Source: the human T2T-CHM13v2.0 reference genome, Homo sapiens. From it: 64,000 bases of DNA. A program made the translations under genes and the position numbers. Positions within the stretch are counted from its first letter, which is position 1, and every line of letters starts with the position of its first letter. The notes beneath the pieces are model-generated. The model was not told the origin of the DNA and made no database searches. It saw only the letters and a list, made by a program, of their open reading frames with translations. The DNA lies in assembly GCF_009914755.1 (NCBI RefSeq), contig NC_060938.1. One strand, 5' to 3'. This document shows, in pieces, positions 12,541-26,563 of this stretch.

Positions 12541-13765
12541 AGGTCACAAGCTCCAGATGTGGAATGTCGGTAGGGGCTGCACTCAAAAGCCAGGGATTGA
12601 GGTCAAGGAGATGCAATTGCCTGAGTAAATGCGGGGAGAGGTAGCTACCAGTGGGAGAGTGAATGGCAGCTTGGCCTCTGAAACAGATGTCCAATTTCCC
12701 TCCCTGTCCACAATCCACACACAAGCCATTCCCTGGCTTCCACCTCAGAGTCACAGCTGGAGCTTCCTAAAGCAATTCCCCCTCTGAATGCAGCACCTCA
12801 GAGTGCAGACCCAGCCTCTTTCCAATCCCATTCCCCAAGCTAGCACTGGGCGCCTGGCCCCACGTGGACAGGGACACTTCAGTCTTGCTCTATCCACCCC
12901 AATCCCTTTATTCCCCTCCCCTCCACCCCACTCCCCTTTGTGCCTTTTTACATGACAATCAATAGCAGCCGGGCTTTGGGGATATTATCGGAGCCCTGAT
13001 TGCAACCTCTAACATTATAATTCACAGGGTTGCGGGGAGCATTAGTACATCCAGGATAAATTAATTCAGTGTAAGTAAGCGCTTTGAAGCCGGGCACATA
13101 GCTCGGCTTTCGAAGCTTAAGCCCTGTTTAGATTACTTGATTAAAGTGGGTTCAAAGCTTCGGCGATCAATATATTTTGCTTAAGAGCAGTGTTGCTACA
13201 GAAGCAGATTTAATTGCATCCTGGTGCCCTGCCTTGCAGATAGCTCTTTAGAATATAATGAGATATCAGAGAGCCAAAAATTGAGGGTGGGAGGGAGGGA
13301 AGAGGGACGGTCATTCAAGTCACCACCCTGGAAATGCAGGGGACACATATTTGGATGATGTGAGCATAAATAATCCCCCAAAATGAGAAGTTGGGGAAAA
13401 CTAAAGATGGCAATCTCTGCTTATAAAATCTTGACACACAAGACACCAGAGGACAATCTCGGTTATCTGGCTGTTTTGAGGATGGATTCCTGGGTTGCGA
13501 CTGGGGGAAACAATTAGTCCTCAATAATGTGACATTTTTAGGATTACAGGCTGGCACTTAATCAAAGTCAATGTGGTTAATGAGGGGGCTGACCGGACGG
13601 CCCCCACGAGGCAGGAGACAGGCGGCATCACTAATATCAGGACAGTCATCTGAGTCTGCAGCAGGAGCCTGGACTAGGAGTCCAGGATGGATGGGAAGAG
13701 AGGAAGTAACGTGTGTCACATGCCTACTGTGTGCTAGCTAGTGCTCTGGGAGTTTAACGCTTTTA

Positions 13766-13846
13766 TTAGGTTGACGCAAAAGTGATGGCGGGTTTTTGCC
13801 ATTACTTTTAATGGCAAAAACCATGATTACTTTTGCACCAACCTCA
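13766..13846. mobile_element. MADE1 (Hsmar1-derived MITE) inserted in a MIR
   Basis: ~80-bp palindrome TTAGGTTGACGCAAAAGT...ACTTTTGCACCAACCTCA flanked by TA. Confidence 0.92.
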
Positions 13847-14436
13847 TATTTTATTTAATTGTTAAAGTAATGCTATTAAATGAATACAACTGTGCCCATT
13901 TTCCAGGGGTGGGCTGGTTGGGAAGGGAGTAAAGGCAGGATTTGAACCCCTGTTTCCCTGATTCTCAAAGCCATACTCTGCATCAGTTCTGGTCTCCATT
14001 CAGCCACTACCTATCTGTGGGAACATCTGCAAGTCATTTAACCAACCTGGGCTATAGTTATCTCTATTGTAAAATGAGAGGGAGCCTAAGCCTCCTCTGA
14101 CTCAAAATCTTTGGTCTAAAATAACTCTGGCCTGGGAGTCAAGACAGCCTGGGTTTCTGTCTTTGCAACATCAACCAGCCGTGTGATGGGATCATCGTTT
14201 CACCTCTCTGCTGCATTTACCCATTTACGATGCCAAGTCATGATGCTTACCTGGCCGTGTGGTAGCAGTCAATGAGATGTCAGATGAGGGAGGCCTCTGA
14301 CAAGTTGTAAATATCACTCAAGTGAATCTACTTAAAATCTTTAAATCAGGTGGGCCACAAACTCATCTCCTTTAAAGGAGCAGAAAACTCTCTATGCCAT
14401 CATGCCCTGACGTAGTACAAAGACCAGCTGACCACG

Positions 14437-14798
14437 TACATTAGTCTGTTCTCACGCTGCTAATAAAGACATATCCAAAACTGGGTAAGTTATAAAGGAA
14501 AGAAGTTTAATTGACTCACAGTTCTGCATAGCTGAGGAGGCCTCAGGAAACTTACAATCATGGCAGAAAGCACCTCTTCACAGGGCGGCAGGAGAGAGAA
14601 TAAGTGCCCAGCGAAGGGAGAAGCCCCTTTTAAAAGCATCATATCTCGTGAGAACTAATTCACTACCACCAGAACAGGATAGGGGAAACCACCCCCGTGA
14701 TTCAATTATCTCCACCTGGTCCCTCCCACGACACATGAGGATTATGGGAACTACAATTCAAAATGAGATTTAGGTGAGGACATGGCTAAACCATATCG
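14437..14798 (-). mobile_element. THE1C/D-like MaLR solo LTR
   Basis: Complete LTR in reverse orientation; 5-bp TSD CCACG/CCATG. Confidence 0.9.
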
Positions 14799-15389
14799 CC
14801 ATGGGAGAGGAGCCCTCCACCTACCGACAGCCACACTTTCCTCTATCCTTGCAGTTCTCTCTCCTCATGGGTTCCAAAAGTTTACCCCTCAATGCTGAAT
14901 TCTCTGTATGAAATCCAGGTAGCCTCATGCCTTTTTCTTTCCAAGTCAAACCCGATTACCTTGGAGGACAGGGCTGGGGTGGGAGAAGGAAGTGAGGAGA
15001 AGTGGCCTCCTCAGCAAACATCCCATGGAGGCGGTCTGCATCTCAAACACATTCTTCCTTTCACAGCCTGAGGCAGCTGACAGAGCGTGGGGGCTCCGGA
15101 AGCCTCCCTCCCTTAAGTTTCCATGTAAAATATTTTTATTTATGTTATAACAACATGATACAGCACCATATGCCCGTGAATCAGACCCAGTATAGAGTCT
15201 GCAGATTTGCCTTCCATTGGAGCTGAGCTGAGAACAACAGACTTCAGAAAACTCAGAGGAGGACACATGCCCCAACTAGGGGGAAGCAGGAAAGGGACTG
15301 AGTGCTTTGTTTGTTGGCTCCTTGGGTAGGGGTGAAGGTGGGAAAGTGAACCAGTATCTCCTGAAACTCTCATTCAGAGTTTCAAGAAC

Positions 15390-15880
15390 ATTCGTATTGG
15401 CCATCAAATCCCCTTTCAGGCTTTGGGAAACTCACCACCTTTTTGAGTATTGGTGGGTGGTGTCATTGGCTCTCACTTTAAAAGCAGAAATTGCCAGACA
15501 CTTGCTTTCCCAGCCTCCCTTGCAGCTAGGACATGGGCACATGAGAGAGGCTCCACCCATCAGATGTACTTAACCAGAGTTTGCATCCAGGGTTAGCAAC
15601 ATAAAGAAGCAGGAATGGTAGAAGATGCAGCAAGATGGAGTTATGGAGCAGGGGGCAGTGACAGTGGCCTGAAGCTAGGGGTGGCATCTGGTGCTGGTGG
15701 CAGTATTGTGTATGGTGCTCAGTAGTGGTGGAGGGAGTGTCCTGCAGGCCAGTTCTGCAGCACGATTGGGGCACTGCTCCTGTGTGCATGACCCCAGCCT
15801 GGTTCTCCAGGCACTCCAGCAATTCTGTGAGCTCTCTTTGAATGCATCCCTTTGGTTAAGTTTTCTGTGGCTTCCTCTTA
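15390..15880. mobile_element. Old ERVL-class LTR (LTR16/40/41-like)
   Basis: GCTTTCCCAGCCTCCCTTGCAGCTAGG...GGGCACATGA motif typical of ERVL LTRs. Confidence 0.5.
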
Positions 15881-16448
15881 GAAGCTCTTTGTAGATGCAG
15901 AACAGAAATCAGAAAGCTGGGGCAAAGTCCTGGCTCCACTGGGCCTTGGTGCAATGGGGCACTTGCGCTCTACAATTTTTGAGTCCTATCCTGCACTGAC
16001 ACACCATGGTGGGAGAGGAAACCTCCAGAACACGCACAGCATCCTCAGGCATGACACGCAGTCTCTTTAGTCAGACTGGAGTTTCAGTCCTCCTGCCTCT
16101 GCTACCCACTGTGTTCTTGGAGACTTACATCAGAAAGCCTCAGTTTCCTCCTCTAAGAGTAGAACCTAAGAATAGTACCCATCACATAGAGTGAGGTAAG
16201 GGCTAAATGCAATAATCCATGTAAGAGACTCAATAAATTCTAAATCTAAGTCAGCACAGGAATTGATTGACACAAAGATGTCCTGAGCACTCCTCCTAAA
16301 ATGAATTCCTGCAAAACAGTTTAAGCTTTCATGCTTACTTAAAACAATAATAATACGCATGCCACTTACTTTGCTTTAAAATTACATTTTAAGGCTGTTA
16401 ATAATTTTTCACATTTTAACTCTTTTGAGCTTTACTTTACAGCTACCC

Positions 16449-16818
16449 TGTCTTAGTCCATTCTAGCTGCTATAACAAAATACCATAGACTGGATAGCTT
16501 CTAAACTACAGGAATTTATTTCTCATGGCTCTGAAGGCTGGGAAGTACAAGACCAAAGTACCAGCAGGTTTGGTGTTTGGTGAGGGCTGGCTTCCTGGTT
16601 CATAGACAGCGTCTTCTCACTGTGTCCTTACATGGTAGAAGGAGCAAACAAGCTCTCAGAGGTTTTATTATTTTATAAGGGCACTAATCCCATTCCTAAG
16701 GGCTCTGCCCTCATGGCTTAATCACCTCCCAAATGCCCTTCCTTCTAATATCATCCCCTTGGGGGTGAAGATTTTGACATATGAATTCTGGGGGGACATG
16801 AACATTCAAACCATAGCA
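16449..16818 (-). mobile_element. MLT1A0-like MaLR LTR
   Basis: TGTCTTAGTCCATT...GACATGAACATTCAAACCATAGCA; TSD TACCC/TAACC. Confidence 0.88.
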
Positions 16819-16878
16819 TAACCTACACAAAGAAAATATTCTTACCCCTGTCTTAGAGAGGTAAGAGCCAGGGCTTAG

Positions 16879-16884
16879 AAAAAA

Positions 16885-16927
<43 letters not shown>

Positions 16928-16930
16928 AAA
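16879..16930 (+). repeat. (AAAT)n microsatellite
   Basis: About 11 AAAT units. Confidence 0.95.
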
Positions 16931-19900
16931 CTCACCCAAGGTCTATTAACTTGGAAGAGCAGGGCAGGATTAAAAACCAAGGTGTCTTTATGTGAATGTA
17001 GTTCCTAACTGTCCCTGAAGAGGTACGTGCCCCAAACAAGAAAATTATTTTTTGGCTCCAGTGGTTTGTGCCCTTGTAGTTTCCCAGAGTCCCTGGAATC
17101 TAGCCATGGCTGAGAGCAGTTCTGCCCCTGGACTTTCCAACCATGTGAACTTGAAGCTCCCTGTGTTCACTTTAGTTAGTTTGAGTTGGTTCTTCTCGCT
17201 TGCCACCCAGAGCTCCAACTGTTTCAGAAGCTTCACCCCTCATGTTGTTTGCTTTTATCTATTCCATTTGACAGCCATTCACTGAATTATTGTGATGTGC
17301 CAGGGACCATGTCAGGCCCTGGGGATGCAATGATGAATGGGGTACAGTCCCTGCCTTCAGAATGCAGCCACCCCATGAACTAGGCATTGCCAGATGCTCC
17401 CACTTCTGTTTTCTAGGCTAGGAAACCTAGGCTCAGAGAGATTGAAGGACTTCACTCAGGGTCATAGCTTTCTAGTGGCAGAGCCAAGAAAAGAACCCCA
17501 GCAGATAATTTTCTACAGAGAACATTACTTCACCATTGGAGTCCACAGCTGATGGATGAGGGCACAACTCAACCACAAGTCTCAGGGGTTGCTTCTATCC
17601 TTTGGAATCCAATAAAGACTGAAAGAATAAATAAGTTCCAGAAGGGCTTAGAGGAGCTCACATGAATGATGGAGCCAGAATGAGTTATTACAGGGCAAGT
17701 CAAAGAGGCTCACATCCCTAACCTTTAGAAATTGACTTCACCGAAGGCAGCTACTGTGTTCTTCCCATAAAGCATCTCTTGCTACTACTGTCAGAGACAG
17801 AACAAAGGGACAGACCAAACTCTATTCTGTGCTCGTTTAGTGGGTCTCATATTTCAAAGGTTTTGGTCTCTGCCTCCCTCAAGAAATAGGATCCAAGTGC
17901 CTCAGAACTTATAATCAGGAAACTGAATCCCTTGCAGGGTAAAAGCAATGGTAGGGGAGAAAGAGATTTGCTCCTGAGGTGAGTCAAATAAGCACAGAAA
18001 TTCCCTACTTGGGCCCTTTCTTATAGCTCCAGAGGTAGTGCCTATAGTTCGAATGAGAACAAAGAAGGAGGTGGTCACAGCACAAAGCCACACATCACAC
18101 TGCCTAGCCATCACCATGGCAACAGCAATGTCCCTGGGAAGCCGGGAAGAGGAAGCTGCTCCTGCCACCATTTTCTGCCTAACAATCTGAGTGGCAGCCT
18201 CTAGGTGATGGGGAAAACTGGGGACAGAGCTGGCCAAGTGTCCAGGCTCACTTCTGTCCAGAGGCACCCTTGTGTCCCTAAGTGCCACCTGACCTCCTCT
18301 GTTCCTTCTCCAAACCCTCTTGAACACTATTCCCTCAATAGCGGTCTCCTTTCTTCTCCCTCCCAGCAGCCAGTTAGTGACCTACTTTTCAAACTTAACA
18401 TTTCCCAGAATATCTGAACTAAATGAAGCCTCAGGTGTCATCTATTTCTACTGCTCCCCCATGTCCTCCCCCATTTTTCAGAGGAGGACAGGAAAGCCAG
18501 GCACATCATGTGATTTGTCCTGTGTCTTTTCTAAGGAGCGCCATGACCAGAACACATTACTGTGACCCAGACGATCTGTAACCTACAGCACCTCATTTTC
18601 ACTCCCCTAATAAAGACCCATGTGCCAGGTTGATCTTCCCTCCTTCTCCCACCAGGTCTCCTCAATGGCCAAAGTGGAGGAGCCGCAGCCAGAGACCTGC
18701 CCCCACCCCGCCAACATGTTCCCTGTGTTCCTCTCCACAAGTTTGCCATGGCAGTGGTTTTAGAAAAGAAGTCAGCTGAGGAGAGCCAGCTTGGATGACA
18801 GCACTGACTTACATTTCACAGTCTCTAAAAGAACTCCCTAAAAAGAAGGGCAGTGGTGGATATTTACATTGTAATGTATTAGAATCAGCTTTAAATGATT
18901 TCAAAATGTTAAAACTCTCCCTATATTCTCAGCCTTTTGAGAGAACAACTATTTCCATTTTTTCCATCCTTTTTTCATTATTCATAGAAGCCTCCATGAG
19001 CAAAGTGACGTAGCAGCCATGTGCCCAACTGATCTCGGTCACATGACGAGGTCTTCTCTGCAGAGGGACTCTAGGAATCCGTGCAACACAGACAGATGGG
19101 CCACACAGACCGCTTTCAAAATAAGGGTCCCTTCCTCACTTACCTTCTATGATGACGAACATCTGCCTGAGCCTGAGGCTGAGCCTGAGAGTGGCCGAGG
19201 TGCCTGGGACCAGTAGTTCGCAGCCTTGACTACACGTTCGAGTCACCTGGGCATTAGTATTTTTTAAAACTCCCTGGGTGCTTCCCATGTGTGCTAAGGT
19301 TGAGCCCACCGCTCTAGGGGTTAGAAATGGTTCCACCAATTTTCAGTTAGCAGGTGATAGGGAGGGGCCTGGGGGCCAACTCTTACTTCTTGGAAATCCC
19401 TTCTGCTCCCTACAACCCTTGCAGTGACTCGACCTACAGTGAGAATAATGCTTATGAATACAAACTGCTCAGTGGGAAGATTGCAATGTGACAGAAGTTT
19501 TTATTTGCTTTTTTGTATATTTTATTTCTTATAAAATAAAATACATGTATTAATATTATATAAAATACAACAAATTATAGAAATAAATATTTGGATTTTA
19601 TTTTAAATTTTGTTTTTATTTTACCTTCTCTTTACAGGTACACCTACAAATAAGTCCCTATTTGTAAACTAATGAGGAAGTGAAACATGCTCTTAAGTTA
19701 GGGCTGAGCCAAAGGACTTGACAACACAACACTATGACACTAAAACCTCTTGAGGCCAGGGGTCTGAAGTACTGGGACAGGGTCCAGGAAATTCCATAAG
19801 GCAGAGAGACTGTAACGTCTGGCCTGGGGCATTGGTACCTTTCTCCTGCACTAGCCTTGAGGCTCCACCCTCTGCACCCTGGGGTCTGGCAGATTAAATC

Positions 19901-20064
19901 CTTAGACACCTTGATTCAGAGGATGAGTCTAGGCAGAAAGATCCAAGCTCATCATCCACATGGGAGAGGCTATCTCGTGGTGAAAGGAAAGTCATTTCTG
20001 AAATCCGACATCCCTCCAATTGTATATAACCTATTTTCTCCCTACCCTATAATTTACTTTTTAA

Positions 20065-20660
20065 AATTTTTATTTGTTGTTGAAGTGAAATTCACATAGC
20101 ATAAAATGAATGATTTTAACGTGAACAATCTAGTGGCCTTCAGTACATTCACAATGTTGTGTGACCACCACCTCTATCAAGTTCCAAATACTTCTATCAC
20201 CCAAGAGAAAACTATCCCAGTAAGCAGTTACTCCCCATTTCTTTCTCCCCCAACCTGTGGCAACCACCGACACACTTTCTGTCTCTATGAACTTATCTAT
20301 TCTGGACATTTCATATAATTGGAATCATGTACCATGTGACCTATGCTTCTTTCATTTAGCATAATGTTTTTGAGGTCCATCCAGGTTGTAGCATGCATCA
20401 GTACTTCATTGCTTTCAATACCTGAATAATATTCAATTGCAAGGAAGTACCACAATTTGCTTATCCATTTGTCCACTGAGGGATGTTTGGGTTGTTTCCA
20501 CCTTTTGGCTATTGGGAATAGTGCTGCTATGAACATGCATGTATATATGTTTGTTTAAGTATCAGTTTTCAATTCTTTTGTGTATATACCTAGGAGTGGA
20601 ATTGCTAGGTTATATGGTAGTTTTATATTTACTTTTTGAAGAACAACTATACTCTTTCCC
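20065..20660 (-). mobile_element. L1MB-like 3' end
   Basis: Reverse frame gives ORF2 C-terminal remnant MFIAALFPIAKRWKQPKHPSVDKWISKLWY followed by L1M 3' UTR. Confidence 0.88.
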
Positions 20661-21114
20661 CAATCTACTTTTATGGAAGAAAATAACAGAAGCATAAAGA
20701 GGTTTTTCCATTCATGCGGAGCTGAGATTAGGAGTCTTGACTTCTTGTCTCCTCTTCTTCCTGCCCCCTACAAGCCCTGCTATTGAAAATGTTAACATCA
20801 TGCTTGGTCCTGAAGTTTGTGTTGTTGGCTGAGGTTCCTGCATGTCCTCTGAATTATGATGCTCTCCACAGAACTGTTGCCTGAGAAGAGACAAGATTAG
20901 GTGAACTTCTACTGACTGGCAGTCCATAGGAAGTTTCCTCTCGTTTCCAAATCCCACATATCTGCACATTTTATTACTCACGTCTTTCTCCCAAAAGAGG
21001 AAGGTGGAGGAAAATGCTTGTAGCTGAAAGTTCTGGCACAATGTATGTTTGGCTGCTAGAGTCACAAAGATGAATCATGGTATACACACTTTGTCTGGAG
21101 GGAGACATAGACCT

Positions 21115-21340
21115 ATTCATTCAACATTCAAGGAATAAGTATTGAGTATGCATTAGCTCATTTAATGCTCATACAAACCCTAGGAGGCTCAGTAATCGTA
21201 TTATTCCCACTTAACAGATGAGAAAACGAGGCAAAGAGACTTATTAATTTGCCCAAGATCACATGGATGGTAAGTGGAGATGCTGGGATTGGAGCCCGGG
21301 CAGCCTTTTGATAGCTCATGTCCCTGGGTCAATGCTCTAT
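21115..21340 (-). mobile_element. MIR (with adjacent L2 tail fragment)
   Basis: CATTTAATGCTCATACAAACCC...ACAGATGAGAAAACGAGGC. Confidence 0.7.
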
Positions 21341-21873
21341 GCTCCTTGGGATGAGGGCATCTAACTCAACACCACTCATTGCACAGTGAAAGGATCCTGT
21401 GACCACCATCAACCTACCTAGTTTCCCCCTCCCAACTGTCTGCCTTCTGCATTTGTCTAATACTAGCAAAACCCCAGCAAGGCAGCAAATGCTTATCCTG
21501 ATGCACAACCAGCTCCCTGCTGGCCAGCCCTGAGGGATCCCATGCAGGCGACTGGAGACAGATGAGGCAGAACTGGGCCACCTGCAAGGATGTGTTCAGA
21601 GCCAGTCAGACTCTCCCCTCCCTCCTCTGCACAGTGGCCTTTCTTTCCAAGGCACCTGCTCCCTGCATCCTTGTCCTTTTCCTTCGGATGAGCCCCTTAG
21701 CCATCACTAGGCTGAGCATCCTTTACAATCCAAGAAAATCTTCTGGTGAAATGCTGTTCTGGATTCCCTACTTTAGCACCTCCAAGATTGGGGGTTCCTC
21801 AGGAGTAAGGACCAAATCCCATTTACCTTTACATTTCCTAGAGCAAATATTTATTGAACCAAATTACATTTCT

Positions 21874-22130
21874 GGCCAGGTGCAGTGGCTCATGCTTGTA
21901 ATCCCAACATTCTGGGAGGTCAAGGCAGGAGGATTGCTTGAGCCCACGAGTTTGAGACCAGCCTGGGCAACAAGGTGAGACCCCCATCTCTACAAAAAAT
22001 TAAAAAGCTAACTGGGCCTCGTGGTGCACACCTGTGGTCCCAGATCCTTGGAAGGCTGAGGCAGGAGGATCACTTGAGCACAGGAGGTCACACCACTGCA
22101 CTCCAGTCTGGGCAGCAGAAAAAAAAAAAA
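21874..22130 (+). mobile_element. AluJ with a deletion in the right monomer
   Basis: Alu body; CAGGAGGTCA joins directly to CACCACTGCA; A tail. Confidence 0.9.
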
Positions 22131-23149
22131 TTCTGATAATCTTTAAGAAGTGAAGCATTTAGAAAGAGGAAAATGAAATAGAGAAAGGCAAGATAAATAA
22201 GGAAGCACAAGAAAGTCAAATTTAAGATTGGAAAGGGATATTAGAGATGGCTGAGGAAGGCACCGCAGCTATGTTGCTCACGACTGGAGGATTTCCGCTC
22301 TTATTCCTGTGACAGACATTAATAGTCAATCATAGATGTCTTTCCAACTTTCCATCTTCCGTTTTGGACTAAGCTTTCAAAATATTCTCAACACAGTGCA
22401 CCACTACAGCAGAGCTGATGCTTGAGCTGAAACCTAATGCCATCCCTAATTTCTTATTTCAAAGATGAGGAAACTGGAGCCCAGAGATTTGCTTCAGATG
22501 GTTAATTACAGGCTGGTTCCAGTATCTGGGTCCTTTAATGACTGAGCCCCAAATTCCCCACACTGGTTTCCAAACCTGAGGGCCACGTGGGGTAAGAAAG
22601 GGGACAGAGAGATGAACAACAGCAGGTGCTAAGCTACTACCTAGAACACCAGTATGAATTTTGTTTGTTTAGAAAACAAAAATATCATTTATTGTTTGAG
22701 TGCATATATTTTCAAAAGTAATAGATGGTCACTGTAGAAAATTTGAAAACATCAAAAAGTAAAAGGAAAGCCATAAAAAAATCTGTAATCCCACCCCCCA
22801 AAGATAACTAATGTTAATATTTTGGTTATGATTTTTATATATTCTGGGGGTAGGTGAGTATGAGTGTATGTACATAAAATACATATTTTAACGGAATCTG
22901 AATATTTATGTGTATTCATATATGCACACACATATTTGTTATCTATCTTTTTTTTGCTGTTTTTCCAGAATTGCTGCTGCTCAGACAGTGATATAGTGAG
23001 ATGTAGGGTAAGGAGCAGCTTCAAGCATCAGGGAGTGAGATAGCCACGTGAGAGTGCCTCATACTTTGATAGTATTATAATTTCTTGTCTAGGCCTGTGA
23101 AGTCAGAAGCACATGTTAACATATTAATGTTTTATCCCATTAACCAAAG

Positions 23150-23800
23150 ATATTTTTAAACATTAGCGTACTCAATATTGTGGTATATGTGTAGGGGAAA
23201 CCAGTGCTCTTATATTTGGCTTCAAGAAGTGTACATCAGTACAAATTTTCTGGAGGAATACATGTCAATATGTAACAAAAACTTTGGAAAAACACATGTC
23301 CTTTGTTTAAGCAATTCTACTTCAGGAAATTATTTTAAGGAAATGAGGAATATATAACAAAAAAATGCACACTGAATCTTTCATTATGATAGCAAAGAAT
23401 TAGAAATAATTTAAATATCCAACAATATGATGGAACACAGTGCAGCCTTTAAAATATATTAAATAAGAATATCTAAAGATACATGTTTATACCATATTGG
23501 TAAGTAACAATGTGCAGATTACAAAGCCGTGTGCCCAGCACAATCCTATTGTTGTATACTTGTAACGTGTCTGGGTACATGCATTTGCATGCCTGTATGC
23601 GTGTATGTGTATATGTGTAGGAGTGTGTTTGTGTATGTGTATTAGGCTGGAGGTGCATATCTTAAATGAGCAGCTTTCTCATGAACAGCAGGGTGAGATT
23701 ATAGATGAGTGTTTTTCTTTGGGCTCTTCTGTATTTATCATATTTTCGTCAATGAATATGTATTACTTTGGTAATTTGAAATTTTAAAAAATGTTTTAAA
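23150..23800 (+). mobile_element. Degraded L1ME-like 3' fragment
   Basis: AGCAATTCTACTTCAGGAAATT...TCATTATGATAGCAAAGAATTAGAAATAATTTAAATATCCAACAAT. Confidence 0.6.
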
Positions 23801-25632
23801 AAAGCACCAGCCCATTTGCCACCTGACAGATGGGAAACTGCTCAAGCATAGAGAAAAACAATTGCTTTAAAGTTTTAAAATTAATATTTTTTAAAAATGA
23901 GATTTGAGTCCACAGAGTGAACTTTAGACAAGTTAATCAAGGTGCCCCTGGGGGATCAGACTCTAGTGTAGTTTTAAATAAATATCACTAATTTCCAGTC
24001 ACCATTTGCTAAAATGAAACTGAAGAGTTTAAAACAAACCCTTCAGATTCCAAATCACATCGTTCTAAATGAACACCTTGGCTCTTCAATCCTGTTCTTT
24101 TAATCAGCCTCTTCTCTGTGATTAGGCAGGCCCCATCTGCCATTTTGCACCAGGCCAGCTTATGAACAATTGTCTAGAAAATGTGTAAAATACATAATAA
24201 AGCACGATTAACTGAAAACCTTAATTAATCAGACATTTTTGGCTTTGTTTTTTAGGAGAAAGATCAAGAGAAAATGTAACAGGCTTAAAAACGACAAAAA
24301 GTGCTAAAGCTCAACTTCATGTGCGTCCTTTTGCCTGTTCCACTTTCAAACTAATCCTAAAATGCAAGCAAAAAGAAGCTCCGAAAAGCAAATAGAAAAT
24401 TAACATTGCCTATGATCTCATCCCGGTGATTTAGCCATCGAGTATGTTTTTGTGCACATGCTACCAGTCTTTAATGCATCCAAAACACATGTACATATAT
24501 GCGTGCACACACACACACACGTACATCTGGTAGGATGACTGCAAGGGTTGATCCCTTCCACACAGAAGTTTGTAACTGGAGTAATAATATTTGAAATGTG
24601 TCGACAATATTCAGTTTCTGGAGGTACAGACATCATTCCTCTTTTGAGGCAGACTTCTATTGTTTTCAGAAAAAGCCTCAGTCTGGGCTCTTTTAATTGC
24701 ACAAATGTAAATGACTTACCTACAATACCGAGAGAAAATAGCAAAGTCACCTTAAATATGACCACAGCTGTTTAGTCTGACACAGTTACTAACAGAAACG
24801 GAGCTGTTCTTTAGTCTGACTGTGCTCTTCATGAGTTAGAGAAACAGTTTTTATCTAAACAAAAATTTGGGTTGGCCTGTTGGTGTTCCTTATGTTGGGT
24901 ATTTACAACTGGATTTGGGAATTGGGCTGACAACTGCTGTATTTGCTTGTTCTAGGGTAGAGGTGTCGAACTAAACCCTGAGTGCCTGAATGGACATGGT
25001 AGGTGGGTAGGTGGGGAGGGTTTCCCCTAAAGGAAATAGATCATTCCTCTTTCAATCATCCTGAGTAGGCGTGAGGGTCACTTCTTGGACCAGGAAAGGG
25101 CTACCTCATCTCTTGGGGTCTGGAGGAGGGCTGGCCTGGTCCCTGCCCTGTGGAGGCCTCTCAGGCTCCAAGCACAGACCCTGAGCAAGGATAGTTTTGG
25201 GCATGTGAGTACCAAAGGGATGTAGAGTCCTTAGATGCAAAGTTATTCGCTGTACTTGAGTCTGTGTTATTCCCCCAAGCATTCAGCAAAAATTTGCTAA
25301 ACATTTGAGCTGGGATTTAGGCGCGTTTAGGGCAGCTAAGTAGCAAGTGGCCTAGAAAAGAAAGCTACTCTCCAAGACAGCCGGAGGTGACCTGCAGGCC
25401 TTCAGAACTGTACTGCAGCCAAGCTAGGACTGCTAGAGGAAGTAACAGCAAGCAGGTCGGGTTTGCGAAATGGTCAAGCATTCCCCAGTGCTTCCCAGAA
25501 TGACCTTGGGTGGAAACTGGAAGAAGAATGGATTTTCTGTCATCTTTGAGGTGGGGAGTTTGGAAGAATTTGGATATTTTAAAAATGCAAACTTATTTTG
25601 TGCTCCAGCTGGGAAATGGGTGGTATATACTA

Positions 25633-25670
25633 CATACATATATATATATATATATAATATATATATATAT
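25633..25670. repeat. (TA)n microsatellite
   Basis: Interrupted TA run. Confidence 0.9.
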
Positions 25671-25756
25671 TTTAAAAGAGGGGTCATATGACATTGTGTT
25701 TTGTAACCTGTTTCACTTAAGAATATATTATAAATTTTCCATAACATTAAATACTT

Positions 25757-26045
<289 letters not shown>

Positions 26046-26243
26046 TCATTAAATACTCTTAAACAACATTGTTTCATATGACTGTTACATATTCTAATGC
26101 ATGGACGTACCATAATTTATTTCCACTTTTCATTATGATAAGTGATACTATGATGAATATCTTGCTAAATCTTTGAATATACCTACATCTATTTAGACTA
26201 AAATCCTTGAAGCAAAATTCCTAGTCAAAAGACATGCACTTTC

Positions 26244-26563
<320 letters not shown>

